A DNA stretch of 64,000 nt from Octopus vulgaris (GCA_951406725.2 OX597826.1:25358001-25422000), one strand, 5' to 3'. Shown: positions 12,890 through 26,767, numbered from the stretch's first letter. The notes: generated by a model from the letters alone, not told the origin. A program made the numbers and translations.

Positions 12890-13020
12890 CATATCTATAT
12901 ACACAACACACATATCTATGTATCTTTATATCATATCAGTCTATAAACACATGTATTAATCTATGTATCTATCTCCCTCTTTTGCTTTCTGTATATGTGT
13001 ATATTTTACATACATATGTA

Positions 13021-13066
<46 letters not shown>

Positions 13067-13349
13067 TATGAGAATACAATGCATGCATTCCAAAGTATAT
13101 TCAATATTCTAAAGCACTGTGTTTTTTAAAATATTCTATACTCTGAAAATATACCGTATTCCAAAGGAAGCTCTATTCCAAAATATATTCTCCATTCTAA
13201 AGAACATATTCTAAAATATATTTTATATTCCTGAAAACATATTCTAAAGTGTATTCTCTATCCAGTATTTGGTTTGCAAGATTCTTGAGGTGAACTTGCG
13301 TATTGAAACAAATTCTGTTGCACGTTTGGAAGGATATTCTGTCAATAAT

Positions 13350-13912
13350 CTTTTTTACTCTAAGCACAAGGCCCAAAATTTGGGGGGAGGGGGCCAGTTG
13401 GTTAGATCAACCACAGTATTCAACTGGTACTTAATTTATCGACCCCTAAAGGATGAAAGGCAAAATCGACCTCGGTGAAGTTTGAACTCAGAACATAAAG
13501 ATAGATGAAATACTGCTCACCATTTTGCCAGGCATGCTAACATTTCTGCCCACTCACTTCTTTTATAATCTTTAATCTTTTATATGTGTCTGTCATTAGA
13601 CCGTGGCCATGCTGGGTTACAACCTTGAAGGATTTTAGTTGAATGAATTGACCCAGTACTTTTTTTTTAAAGTCTGGTACTCACTCTATTGTTCACTTTT
13701 GCCATATAACTAAGTTACAAGGGTGTAAACAGACCAACAATTGTTATCAATGGTGGTGGGGGACACACACATATATGGCTACCAAATCCATTCACAAGGC
13801 TTTAGTTGGCCCAAAGTTAGTATAAGACACTTGCCCAAGGTGCCACACAGTAGAACTGAACCTAGAACGTGGTTGAGAAACAAACTTCTTACCACACAGC
13901 CATGTCTGCACC
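13350..13912 (-). mobile_element. Adjacent decayed SINEs (family B 13350-13560, family A 13575-13912)
   Basis: Similar to the family consensus motifs seen elsewhere in the window. Confidence 0.65.
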
Positions 13913-14624
13913 TGGTTATGATTGTTTGATTAACCATTTGCTCAATCAATCAATCAGGTTTGTCAGAGTCCTTTAATCGCTATTCCTAACCTCATCTATG
14001 ACATGCCCTCTCTACTCCAGGATACTCCACAAGAAATAAAAAAAATCCTCTGTACTATACTAAAAGTATTTCATTTAAAGTACACTTTTATCATCACCAT
14101 CATTGTTTAACCTCTGCTTTCCATGCTGGCATGGTTTGGACAGTTTGACTGAGGACTGGCAAACCAGGAGGCTGCACCAGGCTCCAATCTGATCTGGCAT
14201 GGTTTCAGGTTTCTACAGCTGGATGCCCTTCCTAATGCCAATCATTCCGAGAGTGTAATGAGTGTTTTTATGTCCCACTGGCACAAGGACCAGTCAGATG
14301 GCAATCGCATCAACCACGCTTGAATGATGCTTTTTATGTGTCACCGGCACTTTATATTCCAAAATACATGCTGGTGCTGCATAAAAAGCACAAATGGTAG
14401 CACCACATAAAAAAGCACTCATGCTAGCTCCATGCTTATAAAGCACCCATGCCGGTGCCATATAAAAGCACCCTGTACATACTGTAAAGTGACTGGCATT
14501 AGGGAGGTCATCCAGCTGTAGTAACCATACCAAAACAGACAACTGGACCCTTGTGCAGCTCTCCACCTTGCCAGATCCTGTTGATCTGCCTAATCCATGC
14601 CAGCATGGAAAAATTAACACAAGG

Positions 14625-15165
14625 AAATGAGGAAATGACGAAAGACCGAGACGTCTGAGATATGCTGTGACTGCGAAGACCCGACAAATGAAGTGAGTTC
14701 ATGGTTCGCAGGACGGCCTGCTGTGCTAACCTTGGATCGTAGAGTGACCCGCTGTGCTTAAGGAGACCTATTGAGTCAAGTACGTCAACATCAACATCAA
14801 AATAAAAATCAAATGGAAATTGTAGTTATGATACCCGTGCTGGTAGCACGAAAAAAGCACCAACCAAACGTGGCTGATGCCAGTGCTGCCTGACTGGCAT
14901 CCGTGTTGGTGATACGTAAAAAGCACCAACCAATTGTGGCCATTGCCAGCCTCCTCTGGCCCCTGTACTGGTGGCAAGTAAAAAGCACCCACTAGACTTA
15001 CAGAGTGGTTGGCGTTAGGAAGGGCATCCAGCTGTAGAAACACTGCCAGATCAGACTGGAGCCTGGCACAGCCTCCTGGCTTCCCAGACCCCGGTCGAAC
15101 CATCCAACCTACGCTAGCATGGAAAACGGATGTTAAACGATGATGACGATGATGATGATGATGGT
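14625..15165 (+). mobile_element. 3' end of the RTE LINE family (last codons, 3' UTR, (GAT)n tail)
   Basis: EEMTKDRDV*RYAVTAKTRQ matches the C-terminus of the 6434 and 30876 ORFs, and the UTR is homologous. Confidence 0.8.
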
Positions 15166-15559
15166 GATGGTTCTATTTCCCAAAATATATGCTTTTTCCT
15201 AAAATATATTCAATATTCAAACATATATTCTACATAAAAAAAAACAACATATTCTGAAGTATATTCCATATAGTAAAGAACAGTCTATATTCCAAAAAAC
15301 AATCTTTATTCTTAAGTATATTCTCTGTTGTAAAGAACACTTTATATTCCTAAAGTATATTTAATATTCTTAAACCAACCATATACCATTCCTGCGCCAT
15401 CCCTGCACTCACACTGCTGAAAACAAAATAATAATTGTATGACCAAAAATAATCATAAAAATCACCAGAATTAAGATCAAGTTTCTAACCAACCTCTAGC
15501 TTTATCCAGACCTCAAAAACCACAGAATATTTCTGACAGATTAATCATAATTTTGTTGT

Positions 15560-17060
15560 TTTTGTTGTTGTTGGTGGTTGAAAGAATGGTGAAGGTGGTG
15601 GTGAGGAAAACAGTGGTGATAGTGCTGAGGTTATAGGAGTGGTAGTAGTGATGTTGATGATGATGGTGATGTGTTGGGGCTGTTGGAGATGGGAATGAAG
15701 AGGGTGATAGGGATAACAGTGGTATAGGTAGTGGTAGTGGAGGTGTTAACCAGGTTGATAGAAACAATAGTAGAGGTAGGAGAGGCTTTAGGAGTGGTAT
15801 TGGTGGTGGTAACAATAGTGAAAATGGTAGTGGTGATGATGATAGGTGTGATAGTAGTAGCAGTGGTGGTAGTAGTAGTATTGAATGTAGTATTATTGAT
15901 TGAAGTGGTGCTCGTGGTTATGGTGTTTTGAGGATAGCAGTGGTTGCTAGTAGTGGCAGTGTTGGTGTTGGTGATAGTGGTGGTGTTGGTAGTGGTTGCA
16001 ATGGTAACATTGTTGAGGCCAGCTCAGCCCTGGCTGAGCAGATCCCATCAAAGATGTTTCAGTGTCCTAGTGCACCTAGGCTCACACTATATAATGCGTC
16101 TTCCTCCTTTCTTTCAAGGGAGTTTTAGTGTTGCTCCTAACAAGATCAGAAGCCACGCGTGGCAGGGGAGGTCGTTAGGGTTATAGAGGGGGGAGTGGTG
16201 AGATGATGGGAGGAAGTAGTAGGGGTGAGTGGAGAAATGCTGGTATAATTAGGCGGTGGTGGTGGTGATTAATGTGGCAGTTGTGGTGGTAGTTATGGTA
16301 TTGATAGTGGTGGTGGTGTTAGATGGGAAATTATGGCTGTAGAATGGGTAGGAGATGAAGAGGTGGTAGTCAGTGGTGGTGGTCATGATTGAGATAACTG
16401 CTCAGTTAGAAATGCTGTTGGTAAAACAGTGATGGATGGAGGTGAGAGAGTGGTGATGGCTGGTGTAGTAGAAGTAGTAGTAGTGGTGGTGGTGGTGGTG
16501 GTGATGATGATGATAGTACTACTGGTGGTGGTAGTAGTAGTGGTGGTTTTGGTAGTAAACATTTGGGATTGAGTGTCGATGGAGATGAGGGAGAGGGGGT
16601 CAGAGTGCACCTCATCCCTGTAGTGGTGGCGGCCTATACTAGTACCAGGTGTGGATCTCAACTGGAGGTAGTAGTAGCAGTAGTGGGAGATGGTAAGGAA
16701 GTGGTAGTGGTAGTGGTGTTTGGAGGGGAGGGGAAAAGAAAGAATGATGGGGAGGGGTGTAGTGCTGAGAGTGTGTAAGGTGGGGACGCTGATGGGGGTG
16801 GAGCAAATCACTGATGCTGTTAATAGTGCTGGCATAATGATAAGTGGTATTGTGGTGAGGGTTAAATTAAGAGGTGGTGGGCATGGTGAATGTAGCTAGT
16901 GGTGGTGGGTAATGGCAATGGCAGCAGTGATGATAGAGATAGTGGTTGTACGTTGTGGTAGCGGTGGTAGTAGTAACAGTGGTAGTGATGGGTAGTATTA
17001 TTAGTAGTAGTGGTGGTAGTGAGAGTAGTAGTAATTGTAGTGGTGGTGGTGTTAAAAGTA
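15560..17060. repeat. Long degenerate (GGT/AGT/GAT)n low-complexity region
   Basis: G-rich trinucleotide tracts. The ORFs here are poly-V, poly-T or poly-P artefacts. Confidence 0.85.
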
Positions 17061-17390
17061 TGTAGTGGTTGTGATAGCAAAAAAAAATTACAAAGTTCCA
17101 AACCTCCCACCATCACCACCACTGCTGCCACCATCAATCACAACAAGGAGTGAGGGAAGAGGAGGAGAGAGATGAGAGAAGTTAAAAGTGAACAGAAGTT
17201 GATTTGGAGGCGGTGATGGGGGGGACTAGGATAGATTAGTAGAATTATTGTTGTTGTAACCAGGGAAGTTGTTCAGCTGGTAGATGAGGTTGTTATCTCC
17301 ATTTATCTCATGTTCAGAGAGATGGGCTTAACTAATAGAAAATTATATACCACACACACACATACACAAGCACATATATGTGTATATACA

Positions 17391-17433
<43 letters not shown>

Positions 17434-17604
17434 CAAAATAATAAATAAAACATATGCATATGTACAAAATATATGTACATACCTACATCTATATGTATAT
17501 ATACATGTATATATGGGTACAGGGCCCCAGAAAAAAACGTAGAACACAATAAGAAACGAAAACATAAAAACAAATATATACATATAGACATGTATATGCA
17601 TATA

Positions 17605-17649
<45 letters not shown>

Positions 17650-17724
17650 CATACATATATACATACATACATATATATATACATATTATACATATATTAT
17701 ATATATACATATATACACATATAC

Positions 17725-17772
<48 letters not shown>

Positions 17773-17861
17773 TTATTTGAGGGAATAAAATCCAAACTTA
17801 TAAGGAAAAAGAATTCAAATTAGAAATACTAAATCAAATTCCACAAAATATAATATATATT

Positions 17862-18456
17862 AAATATTAGAAAAAACCACCTTTTATCAATTCAAAATGA
17901 ATAATTAAATTACACCATCTAGAAAATTACATATAATAGAAAAGTTAAAATTAAAATAACATAATACATAGGTGTAGGAGTGGCTGTGTGGTAAGTAGCT
18001 TGCTAACCAACCACATGGTCCCGGGTTCAGTCCCACTGCGTGGCATCTTGGGCAAGTGTCTTCTGCTATAGCCCCGGGCCGACCAATGCCTTGTGAGTGG
18101 ATTTGGTAGACGGAAACTGAAAGAAGCCTGTCGTATATATGTACATATATATATGTATGTGTGTGTTTGTCCCCCTAGCATTGCTTGACAACCGATGCTG
18201 GTGTGTTTACATCCCGTGACTTAGTGGTTCGGCAAAAGAGACCGATAGAGTAAGTACTGGGCTTACAAAGGATAAAACTCGGAGTTGATTTGCTTGAATA
18301 AGGGCGGTGCTCCAGCATGGCTGCAGTCAAAATGACTGAAACAAGTAAAAGAGTAATTATTTTAATTTTAACTTTTCTATTATATGTAATTTTCTAGATG
18401 GTGTAATTTAATTATTCATTTTGAATTGATAAAATGTGGGTTTTTTTCTAATATTT
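17862..18456. repeat. About 100-bp inverted repeat (17862-17959 / 18357-18456) enclosing a SINE
   Basis: The arms are near-perfect reverse complements. Fragments of the same family occur at 2905-3010. Confidence 0.8.
17971..18355 (+). mobile_element. SINE family A, full length
   Basis: Box A-like tggctgtgtgg, box B-like ggttcagtcc, CORE-like tcttgggcaagt, an internal microsatellite and a LINE-like tail. Confidence 0.88.
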
Positions 18457-18504
18457 TTTATATATATATATATAAAATCTTACTTAGAAAGGTATGCGTG
18501 CGAT

Positions 18505-18543
<39 letters not shown>

Positions 18544-18672
18544 AAGCATTGCTTCCCAACCACATGGTTCTGGGTTCAGTTCCACTGCATGACACCTTCG
18601 GCAAGTGTCTTTTACTACAGCAACAGGATGACCAAAGCCTTGATAGAGGGAAACTAAAAGAAGCCTGTTGTG

Positions 18673-18711
<39 letters not shown>

Positions 18712-19707
18712 ATGCGAGTGTGTGCGTGTCTTTGTCTGTGTTTGTCCCCCACCATCACTTGACAACAAATGTCGGTGTGTTTATGTCCCCCATAACTTAG
18801 CGGTTTGGCAAAAGAAACCGATAAAAGAAATATTAGACTAACAAAGAATAAGTCCTAGGGTCAGTTTCAACTACAACCCTTTAAAGTGGTGCTTCAGCAT
18901 GGCCGTAGTCAAAGAATATATCTATAATATATATATATACATACACACATACATGTAGCATATTTGGTTAGCACTGTGTACTTATATACATGTGTGTGTG
19001 GGTGTGTGTATGTGTGAGAGAAAAGAGAGAGAGAGAGAGCAAGAGAGAAGAAGGTGAACCAGAAGAAAATTATATAAGATTTAGAAAAGAAAAAAAAAGG
19101 CTTGTTTGAGGTAATGTCTGAGTCAATGTTTGACACAATATTTGTTAGAGGCAATGTTTAATACGTTTTGTTTAAGACATTGTCTGTTTGAGACAATACT
19201 TGTTTGAAAGAGAGTTTGTCTGAAAAAAACCTGTTTGAAACAATGTTTATATTTCATCCATGACCCCATACCAAACTGGCAAGATCAGTACAGTTGACGT
19301 TCAATTTTTTGTTAAGTTGTAATTATTTAACCCCAGGTCAACCCTGGTATAGTAGATCTACGATCAAAGACATATCAAGACCATGATCAAAACACCTTTC
19401 TATTTACACACACTCGCACACACACACATTTTCATTCATAGCGTTCTACCTTTGTTTTCATTTATATATAATACATGGTTATACTGATCCTTGTCTAACA
19501 GCCTAGAAATTGGATTACATTTTATCTTAATACTTTACGGAAGGCACTCCCTACTCTGTTATTTCCAGAATGTAGGGGGAAAAAGGGGCTCTTTGGTATT
19601 TGTTATTGTTGTGTAAATACAGGAGATAACCAAACCAATATAACTAAGAGTTCACAGAAAGTATGTATGTAATCATGCATGTAAGCTATGTATGTGTGCA
19701 TTTATAT

Positions 19708-19790
<83 letters not shown>

Positions 19791-20104
19791 CATATATAAC
19801 CAAACACATACATACATACATATAGGCTATAGATTTTCATTCGTACCTCTTATCATGGAACCACAAGGTTATGCAGCTGGTGGTATAGTAATGATTTGTA
19901 AAACATTCCAAAAATTCTTCATTTAACTTTCCTGGAATGATCATACGTACATACATTCATACACACAAGCATGTGAGTGCTTATAGCATACACACAAACA
20001 TATACTTAAAGAGAAATCACACACACACACATACAGAGGGTGGCCTGAAATTCAAAGGTGTTAATAATTTATGTTCTATTTTAAATTTACAATACCTTAG
20101 CAGC

Positions 20105-20146
<42 letters not shown>

Positions 20147-20147
20147 C

Positions 20148-20315
20148 CATGATAGATCGTTAGCCACTACACACATTTTTTTCTCTCCTTGTTTTTTCTG
20201 TGTCCCTTTCTGTAGAAGAGCATAGGCTCGAAACGTAAAAGACTTTTTCTATTCCTGAGCGTTTGTTTTGTACACCACCTGTCTTCGTCTTTTGTTTTTT
20301 TCGTAAACTCTCCCT
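20148..20315 (+). mobile_element. Short dispersed repeat with hammerhead-like motif (probable solo PLE pseudo-LTR)
   Basis: Copies at 48509-48690 (+), 51316-51510 (-) and 23980-24070 (-, partial). All sit in (TA)n. Confidence 0.7.
20206..20241 (+). ncRNA. Minimal type I hammerhead-like motif, A6U core
   Basis: CUUU CUGUAGA A GAGC AUAG GCUC GAAAC GUA AAAG, with palindromic ACGU at stem III. Confidence 0.5.
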
Positions 20316-20476
20316 ATATATATATATATATACACACACACATATATATATATGTATATATATACATACATATAGGAAATGCATGTACATCTTATAAACT
20401 ACAATTAACAAAAATGTAATTAAAGCAAATTTATTAAAATTTCAGACCCCTTTGCAACTTTCAGGCCATATATGTA

Positions 20477-20680
20477 TGACACTGGAAAAAACAATTGTTA
20501 TGTAATTAACTTCATTGGCTTACAGCTATTTCTGCTATAAAGTCCACTTCATATTCAAAGCTCTGATGAAGCTATAAGATGTTATCCTGGTACTCAACTA
20601 AGAGTCCACCACATCTTATGGCGGAAACAGCTGTACGCTAATGCAGTTCATTGCATAACATTAGTTTTTTTCCAGTGTCA
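20477..20680. repeat. Fold-back element (arms 20477-20540 / 20616-20680) containing a hammerhead
   Basis: tgacactggaaaaaac...ttacagctatttctgctataa is a diverged reverse complement of ttatggcggaaacagctgtacg...ttttttccagtgtca. Confidence 0.7.
20559..20639 (+). ncRNA. Type I hammerhead ribozyme motif (canonical core)
   Basis: CUGAUGA at 20563-20569, an 11-bp stem II GCUAUAAGAUG/CAUCUUAUGGC, then GAAAC-AGCU-GUA with a palindromic tetraloop. Stem I is weak (AGCU/CGCU). Confidence 0.65.
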
Positions 20681-20975
20681 TCTTTTTGTTTCTATTACCA
20701 CTCTAATACTCATTTAACATTGTTCTACACCAGGTTATTAGTCTCACTATGACTAATAAAAATATTGATATATATATATAGATACATAGAAAACTATGGA
20801 ACAGTTCTAGAGGTCAGCTGTAAATATTTCCTTCAAAAACCAGTAAGAAAGAGAATATTCGTGGACAGCTGCATTGAAACCATCAGCTTCTTTCTCTACA
20901 CAGTTAATAAGTTCATGTTTATGGCTATGATAATAATTGGTGCATTTGGCTTTATTAGTAAATACCTAAGATATA

Positions 20976-21163
20976 GGTGTGGCAGTGTGGTAAGAAGCTT
21001 GCTTCCCACCACATGGTTCTGGGTTCAGCCACACTGCAAGGCACCTTGGGCAAATGTCCTCTACTATAGCCTTAGGCCGACCTAAGCCTTGTGAGTGGAT
21101 TTGGTAAATGGAAACTGAAAGAAGACTGTCATATATATCTATACCTATATCTATCTATCTATC

Positions 21164-21208
<45 letters not shown>

Positions 21209-21429
21209 CTTTGTGTCTGTCCCCCCCATCACCGCTTGACAACGGTGTTGGTCAGTTTACATCCCCATAACTTAGCAGTTCAGCAAAAGAGACCAACAGA
21301 ATAAGTACATGGCTTAAGAAATAAGTCCTGGGGTCAATTTGTTTGACTAAAAAAAAACCTTCAAAGTGGTGCACTAGTATGGTCACAGTCAAATGACTGA
21401 AACAAGTAAAAGAATAAAAAAAATAAAGA
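20976..21429 (+). mobile_element. SINE family A, diverged
   Basis: Same head, internal microsatellite and tail. Other copies lie near 18550-18912, 22100-22420 (-), 32332-32650, 34381-34770, 45405-45711 (-), 48292-48836 (-) and 63240-63400. Confidence 0.8.
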
Positions 21430-21853
21430 TAATTCTTTTTTAATCTGAGGTTTCAGATGAGGAATGTGATTAGCAGACACACTTTGCAAATACAATCTAT
21501 AAATGGAATGGTAAAAACTATGTTTTTTTCCAGCTCTTAGTAGAGTGATTCAGAAGCTCATTTTGCAATCATGTGTTTTGGGATTTAGTCCCACTGCACA
21601 ACACTACCTTGGGATGGGGTTGAAGTTTCTCTTACTTTAGCCCTGGGTCAACCAATGCCTTGTGAGTGATCTTGAGAGACAAAATTGTAGATAGAAAGGT
21701 AGATGTTATAACAATGATGAATATGATGATGTACGCAATGTGTGTTTTTGTGCCTGTGCTTGATAATAGATGTTAGTTTGTTTATGTCTTAATAAGTTAG
21801 CAGTTTGGAAATCCTTAAGTATTGGGAGCAATTTGTTTGGCGAAGTCCTTTAA

Positions 21854-22073
21854 CCCTTTCATTTCCAACCTGGCTGAAACTGCCTCTGGCTCTGAGTACA
21901 AATGTCTTGTTTTCATAAGTTTTGAATTAAAATCTTCCGCCAAACCTTAGTCAGAATTTATGTTCCTAACACTAGCTAAATGATAACTAAGTTATTTTAC
22001 TAAATTCTTTGTTATATTTAAAGTAATTTAAAGAAACACAGAGCATCTCAAAATAAATATGGTAACAAAAGGG
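21854..22073. mobile_element. piggyBac-like (TTAA) MITE
   Basis: Ends read TTAA|CCCTTT ... AAAGGG|TTAA. Homologous to 28428-28648 and 60492-61043. Confidence 0.85.
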
Positions 22074-22441
22074 TTAAGGTAGTGTCCGAGCACAGCTACC
22101 AACCAATGACTAAAGCAATTTTTGTCGAACTTAATTCCATTTTCTTTTTCAGCCTGACACTTATTCTGTCATTCTCTTTTGCTAAACTGCTAGGTTACGG
22201 GGATGTAACCAGCACCAGTTGCCAAGCAGTGGTGGAGGACAAACATAGACAGAAAGACATACACAAACAATGGGCTTCTTTCAGTTTCCATCTATGAAAT
22301 CCACCCACAAGATTTTGGTTGGCCTGAGGCTATAGAAGACACTTGCCCAAGGTGCCATACATTGAGACTGAACCGAGAACCATGTGACTGGAAAACAAAC
22401 TTCTTACCACACAGCCATGCCTGTGCCTGTGTGTGTGTGTT

Positions 22442-22508
<67 letters not shown>

Positions 22509-24923
22509 ATGTGCTCGTGTGAGATGGGCTTCCTTTACAGTTTCTCCCTATCAAATCCGCTCATAAAGTTTTGGTCAACCAGAGGCTGTGCGGTGGGACT
22601 GAACTTAATACAATAAAGTTAGGAAATAAACATTTTAACCACACAGCCATGCCTGCAACATTATATAAAATCTAACATATGCTCATAACAAAAATATATT
22701 TATCCACATTATACTCATACAAACACACACACATACATATATAAACATGTACATCTGTCTACAGAAGCAAGGAATTACCAAGAATATATACTTTACCATT
22801 TCTAAAGTCTACATCATCTTAACACAACCACTTACAGATTTACAGACTTGCAGACTTCCAACGAGTTTTCTATTTTTGGTACATTTTGTTTACTTTTTTT
22901 TTTATTGTTTATTGAAACAAACCTGGGAAGCTTTCCCAAACATGTTTCTGTCTCAACTCACACAGAATACATTAGTAACCGGGGTGGCAAATTCAACTAG
23001 ACCAGATGCACTCTTTCAAATGTAGTCTAAACTGAGAGAGTAGAACATGAAGTAATCAATATGTGTAGTAGACTTCATCCATTGCTTTTCTCTTGCCAAG
23101 TTCACTCTGAGCAAGCGGGTAGACTGGGTGTCTGGTCTGAAGACAAATGACATGATATGTCAGAAGTTTTGTTCCTTATTATAGCGACCCCTTGAGTGGA
23201 GGTGCAATTCCATCTGCTCTCACCTCCGCCTCCACCACCACTGCCACTGTCGCCACCACCAGCATTGCTCCTGTCACCACCACCCGAGGTGCCATACAGT
23301 GGAACTGAGACTGAAGTCAAGTGGTTCAGAAACAAACTTCTTCACCACATAGCTAAGCAATATGCCCCATCCCCACCATCATCCCCACATTACACAGACA
23401 TCCATGGGAGTAGAAATTCAGAAGACACACACACACAGAAATGGCAACCAGAAACTATGGAGAGAAAATCTGGGGTCAAAATCTTTAAAGAATTCTTCAT
23501 AGAAACAGCATGATGTCTCACATTCTACAAGAACCATATATTTGTTTTTCCTATGTTTTGGTGCTGAAGGGATAGAAGAAACGGAATGGTAAATATTAGG
23601 GGTTTATTTATCAGATTTGGCGAAGTCGAGCTTATGAAGTGGGTTATCATGGGTAAGGATCTTCAAAAAATGAAAATATCCCGAATTTTATAAATACATT
23701 AATGTATTACTTGTATACATGCATGTATGTGTCTAAGAGAGAGAGAGAGAGAGAGTGTGGGGGAGGGGGGGCATATTCATGTGCACATGCATAAATCTGC
23801 ATATAAGTGTGTAAAGCATGTGTACATGCACATGTGTGTGTGTTTGTGTACATGAGCATGTGTGTAGGAATGACGTTTACGTGCATGTGTATGTGCTTGC
23901 ATATATATATATATACACACACATACATATATATATATACATACACACACATATATATATATATATATATACATATATAACGAGAAAGTTTACGAAAATA
24001 AACAAAAGACGAAGGCAGGTGGAGTACAAACAAACAAATGTATTAGTATAGCGCTCAGGAATAGAAATAGAAAATATACATACATATATATATATACATA
24101 TATATATACACATATAATTATATATATATACACATATAAGTGTATATATATATATATATATAAACATATATAATAAATATGTGTGTGTGTGTGCGTGTGT
24201 GAATGTCTGCATTCTTGTGAGCAAAGGCTTGCCATATGTGGGTGAATGCTCTTCCAGTCACTAACCTTTGCTTGTTTTTCAAGTAAGAGATTTCTGTACC
24301 CAACAGGTTTCCAAAAGTGCAGAACAACAGTCACATCATCAACAAGTGAGGTTAGCATCAGTACTACCGCATACATAAGGGACAAACATGGAAATAAACA
24401 TTTGTGCACATTTGCATACAACACCTGTTCCATACGTCTGTCTCTCTCTCTCCCCATTCTGTGTATGTGTATGTGCATGTGTGTATTTTGTAGATAGGGT
24501 TAAAATTCAAGCTGTGTTGTTTGAATCTCTGTTTCTAATAGGAGATATCTTACATGTTTTCTACTACATCTACAACATGCGTAATTTTGTAACTCCTACT
24601 AGCAAATGGAACATGTGTAATGGTGAATAAAAAATATCAAAAAAATTTTCAAATCTCCTGTTGGAACACTAAGAGCACCATCTGAGCATGATTGTTGCCA
24701 GAGCCACTGACTGGCCCTCGTGTCGGTGGCACATAAAAAGCACCATTTGAGCATGATCGTTACCAGCAGAGTGGTTGGCGTTAGGAAGGGCATCCAGCTG
24801 TAGAAACTTTGCCAGATCAGATTGGAGCCAGGTGCAGCCATCTGGCTCGCCAGTCCCCAGTCAAACTGCCCAACCCATGCCAGCATGGAAAGCGGACGCT
24901 AAACGATGATAATGATGATGATG

Positions 24924-24969
<46 letters not shown>

Positions 24970-25528
24970 TATAATGTGTATGTAACCAATGGAGTTCTGT
25001 ACAAAGTCAAACCTGCTGCATTCAGCATTTAATAGATAGGTCATAATGAAAGAAAAATTGCATGAATTTGTGTGTGTGTGTGTGAACACAAGTGTATGAT
25101 TACATGCATATGTTTGTAACTGTATGTTTGTTTACAAGCACACACAAAATATATACATATATACATGTATACAATATATATACATATATACACAAAATAT
25201 ACAGACACGTATCCATGCAATGTTGCTGCTTCATTAACACCTGGATTTTAAAAGGTGAAAACAATAGCTTGAAGAGAAAATATTGCATGAATCTATATAT
25301 GCATGTGAATGCATGCAAAAGTTTGATCATATGCACATGTATATATACCTCTAAACATATCCATACAACTCATATATATATGCATACATACGTACACAAC
25401 ACAACACACATATGCACACTGAAGCATCCATTATCATTGCTCTGTTAACACATTGATTTTAAAAGATGAAAACAACAGATTAGACATATCAGTAGTACCA
25501 CATTGATTATTATTATTATTATTATTAT

Positions 25529-25862
25529 TATTACCGCCACCTTAGCAAAGCTGGAGGTATTGTTTTCAGTCTTGTTTGCTTGTTTGTTAATTTATGGACA
25601 AGATATCTCAAGAACCACTGGATGGATTCCAATGAAAGCTTCAAGGATGTTTGGCCTCGTGACTGAGAGGAACTGATTAGATTTGGGATTGATCTGGTAC
25701 CGGACACGGATTATTTCTCCGTTTTTTTAAACTAAATTTTTGAGAGCAGTCAGGTTCATTTTTAGTATTCTCATTTGTGAGAGCAGTCGAGTTCATTTTA
25801 GATATTCTGATTTTAAAAAAACATCTCTGGCTAATCATTGAGAGGACGCTGGTGTTGCTTTG
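25529..25862 (+). mobile_element. Probable Helentron-associated (HINE/DINE-1-like) non-autonomous element
   Basis: Starts ttattaccgcc...ggaggtattgttttcagtc, followed by (GTTT)n and gatatctcaagaaccactggatggatt. This layout is recalled for HINE-type elements. Confidence 0.45.
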
Positions 25863-25881
25863 TTATTATTATTATTATCAT

Positions 25882-26767
25882 TAAGGTGATAAGCTGGCAG
25901 AATCGTTAGCACACCGGGCAAAATGCTTAGCAGTATTTCATCTGTCTTTACATTCTGAGTTCAAATTCTACCAAGGTTAACTTTGGCTTTCATCCTTTCA
26001 GGGTCAATAAATTAAGTGTCAGTGAAAAACTGGGGTCGATGTAATCGACTATTCCCCTCCCCACAAATCTGAGGTCTTGTGCCTCCAGAAGAAAGGATTA
26101 TTATCATTATTATTATTATTATTTATGGTTAGCAGCATTTCATCCATTTTTATCATCCTGAGTTCAAATTCTGCCAGGTTTGAATTTACTTTTCATCCTT
26201 TTGGCGTTGATAAAATAAGTACCAGTTGAGCACTGGAGTTGATGCAATTGACTACCCCCACCTGCCAAATTTCAAGCCTTGTGCCTATAGTAAAAAGGAT
26301 TATTATTATTATTATTATTCCGCAAGCTGGCAGAATTGTTAGTGCACCAGGTGAAATGTTTAGAAGTATTCCGTTCTGTCTTGTTCTGAGTTCAAATTCT
26401 GCCAGGGTTGACTTTGCCTCTCATCCTTTCGGCATCGATTGAATAACTACCAGTTACATACTGTGATCGATGTAATCAATTTAATCCCTTCCTCCAAATT
26501 TGAGGCTTTTGCTTCCAGTAGAAAGGATCATTATTATTATTATTATTATTATTAGAAGAGTGATCTGGCAGAATCATTTACTGGATAAAATGCATAAAGA
26601 CATTTCTTCCAGCTCTTTATATTGTGAGTTCAAATTCTGCTGAGGTCAACTTTGTCTTAATCCTTTTGGTGTCAATAAAAAAAAGTACCAGTTGAATACT
26701 GGGGTTGATGTAACCAACTAGCCCCCTCCCCTAAAATTTCAGGCCTGCTTATAATAGAAAGAATTAT
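25882..26767 (+). mobile_element. Four head-to-tail SINE family B copies joined by (ATT)n
   Basis: Repeated unit gctggcagaatcgttagc...ctgagttcaaattc...tttcatcctt...agtaccag...gaaaggattattatt. Confidence 0.8.

Noticed and set aside
13085-13270. Recurring tattc(t/c)aaa motif (also 15175-15370)
   Set aside because: It appears to be a degenerate AT-rich minisatellite split by insertions, with no sign of function.
24307-24350. Possible 44-nt host exon (cag|...gag|gttagc)
   Set aside because: Splice-like dinucleotides alone are weak evidence, and the peptide is not recognisable.
25882-26767. CRISPR-like repeat-spacer array
   Set aside because: The units are diverged SINE copies of about 200 bp in eukaryotic DNA, with no cas genes.
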